Notes under the pieces: generated by a model
The model's database searches: none
The model's input: only the letters and a program-made list of their open reading frames with translations
What the model was told of the DNA's origin: nothing
NCBI GenBank assembly: GCA_051294905.1
Contig: CM119386.1
Coordinates: 9,176,001 to 9,240,000, forward strand
Reading direction: 5' to 3'
Length of the DNA stretch: 64,000 nt
From: Botryllus schlosseri
Taxonomy: Eukaryota
Shown: one piece after another, positions 63,145-64,000 of the stretch
Layout: the number at the start of each line of letters is the position of its first letter
Position numbering within the stretch: the first letter of the stretch is position 1
Program-made: the position numbers and the translations under genes

Positions 63145-64000
63145 GTAAGTGCTGTAAAATAGTTTATTTTCACATATGAATTAGGGAGTAATTTGGACAT
63201 GAGCTGGAATTCATGATGATAAATTGATCATTTGATCCAGATTGTTCGACACCAAATCGATGTGAAATATATTTATATCATCTTCTACAAGGTTGGCGAT
63301 TTCCTTAATATTCAAGCAAAGTTCAGTCGCTTCCCTCTGGGATCAATGTTATCTATACTTTTGGTTGTCCTCGTTAAACGTGGCACCTTATAGCGGCCTA
63401 CATTTTGTCTTGCGCATGAGGGTTGTGACTACGACGGCGTGACGCTAATGTTTGTTTTCGATACACGGTGTTCAAGGCCCCGCCTTCCAAACAATGGCAA
63501 TTAAAGCTGGTGTTCTATTGACATGTCGTCTTACTATGGCATTTTAGGAGTACGATTACGTCAATCTGAGGATATCTCCATGTTTAAGGTACTAAAGGAG
63601 CATTTTACGATGTGTCACATCATTATATGCAAACCGGATATTTTAGTGATATAAAACTACAACCCGACAGTTAAATTTCGTTAATGGTTCTACGGCTGAT
63701 GTAAACTCGTTCTAGAAACGATTTACTGTAACGATCCATAAAAACTGATTTGATATCGAGCTACCAGAAATCGACTCGACTTACGAACTTTGGTCCAAAT
63801 CACTTTCTCTCTTAGACTCTACGTTTGCGATTCATGTACATGAAATCCCATATGCAATCGCAGCAGTACAAAATGTTTAAGATGGCAACATAGCAGAAAG
63901 TAAGCTGTAGTGTAGGTATTGTAAGTGCATTTAGCTACCGCCCTTTAGCGTGCGAGTACAGTACACGCACGTCGAACAGGTAATTTCGATATTTCCAAAA

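Noticed and set aside
63146-63148. TAA as the true DSEL stop, and 61544 as start
   Set aside because: The TAA is inside a GTAAGT donor and the domain is incomplete; 61544 is GTG, and the ATG is at 61550.

Overview
Eukaryotic (metazoan) genomic DNA, probably from an invertebrate chordate or other deuterostome; the organism cannot be fixed from sequence alone. No prokaryotic features, rRNA, tRNA or CRISPR were found, and nearly all ORFs in the six-frame track are spurious. Two genes, both on +. (1) The 3' part of a PDE4/dunce-family cAMP phosphodiesterase: a UCR2 exon at 4857-4950, a 28.7-kb intron, then nine exons from 33675 to the stop at 37606. A 640-bp in-frame candidate alternative first exon (32706-33345) would give an isoform lacking both UCR1 and UCR2. 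(2) The first coding exon (61550-63144) of a dermatan-sulfate epimerase (DSE/DSEL-like) gene in which the His205-equivalent catalytic residue is Gln. Between the genes (39-61 kb) is a dense nest of non-autonomous DNA transposons (hAT, hATm, Chapaev-like, MULE-like), most with readable TIRs and target-site duplications. The most unusual structure is a 2.66-kb hATm-derived foldback built from two 3' ends, with ~1.1-kb inverted arms that put transposase sequence in antisense, just downstream of PDE4. All alignments, identities and counts were done by eye, and reference residue numbers and exon sizes are recalled rather than computed.
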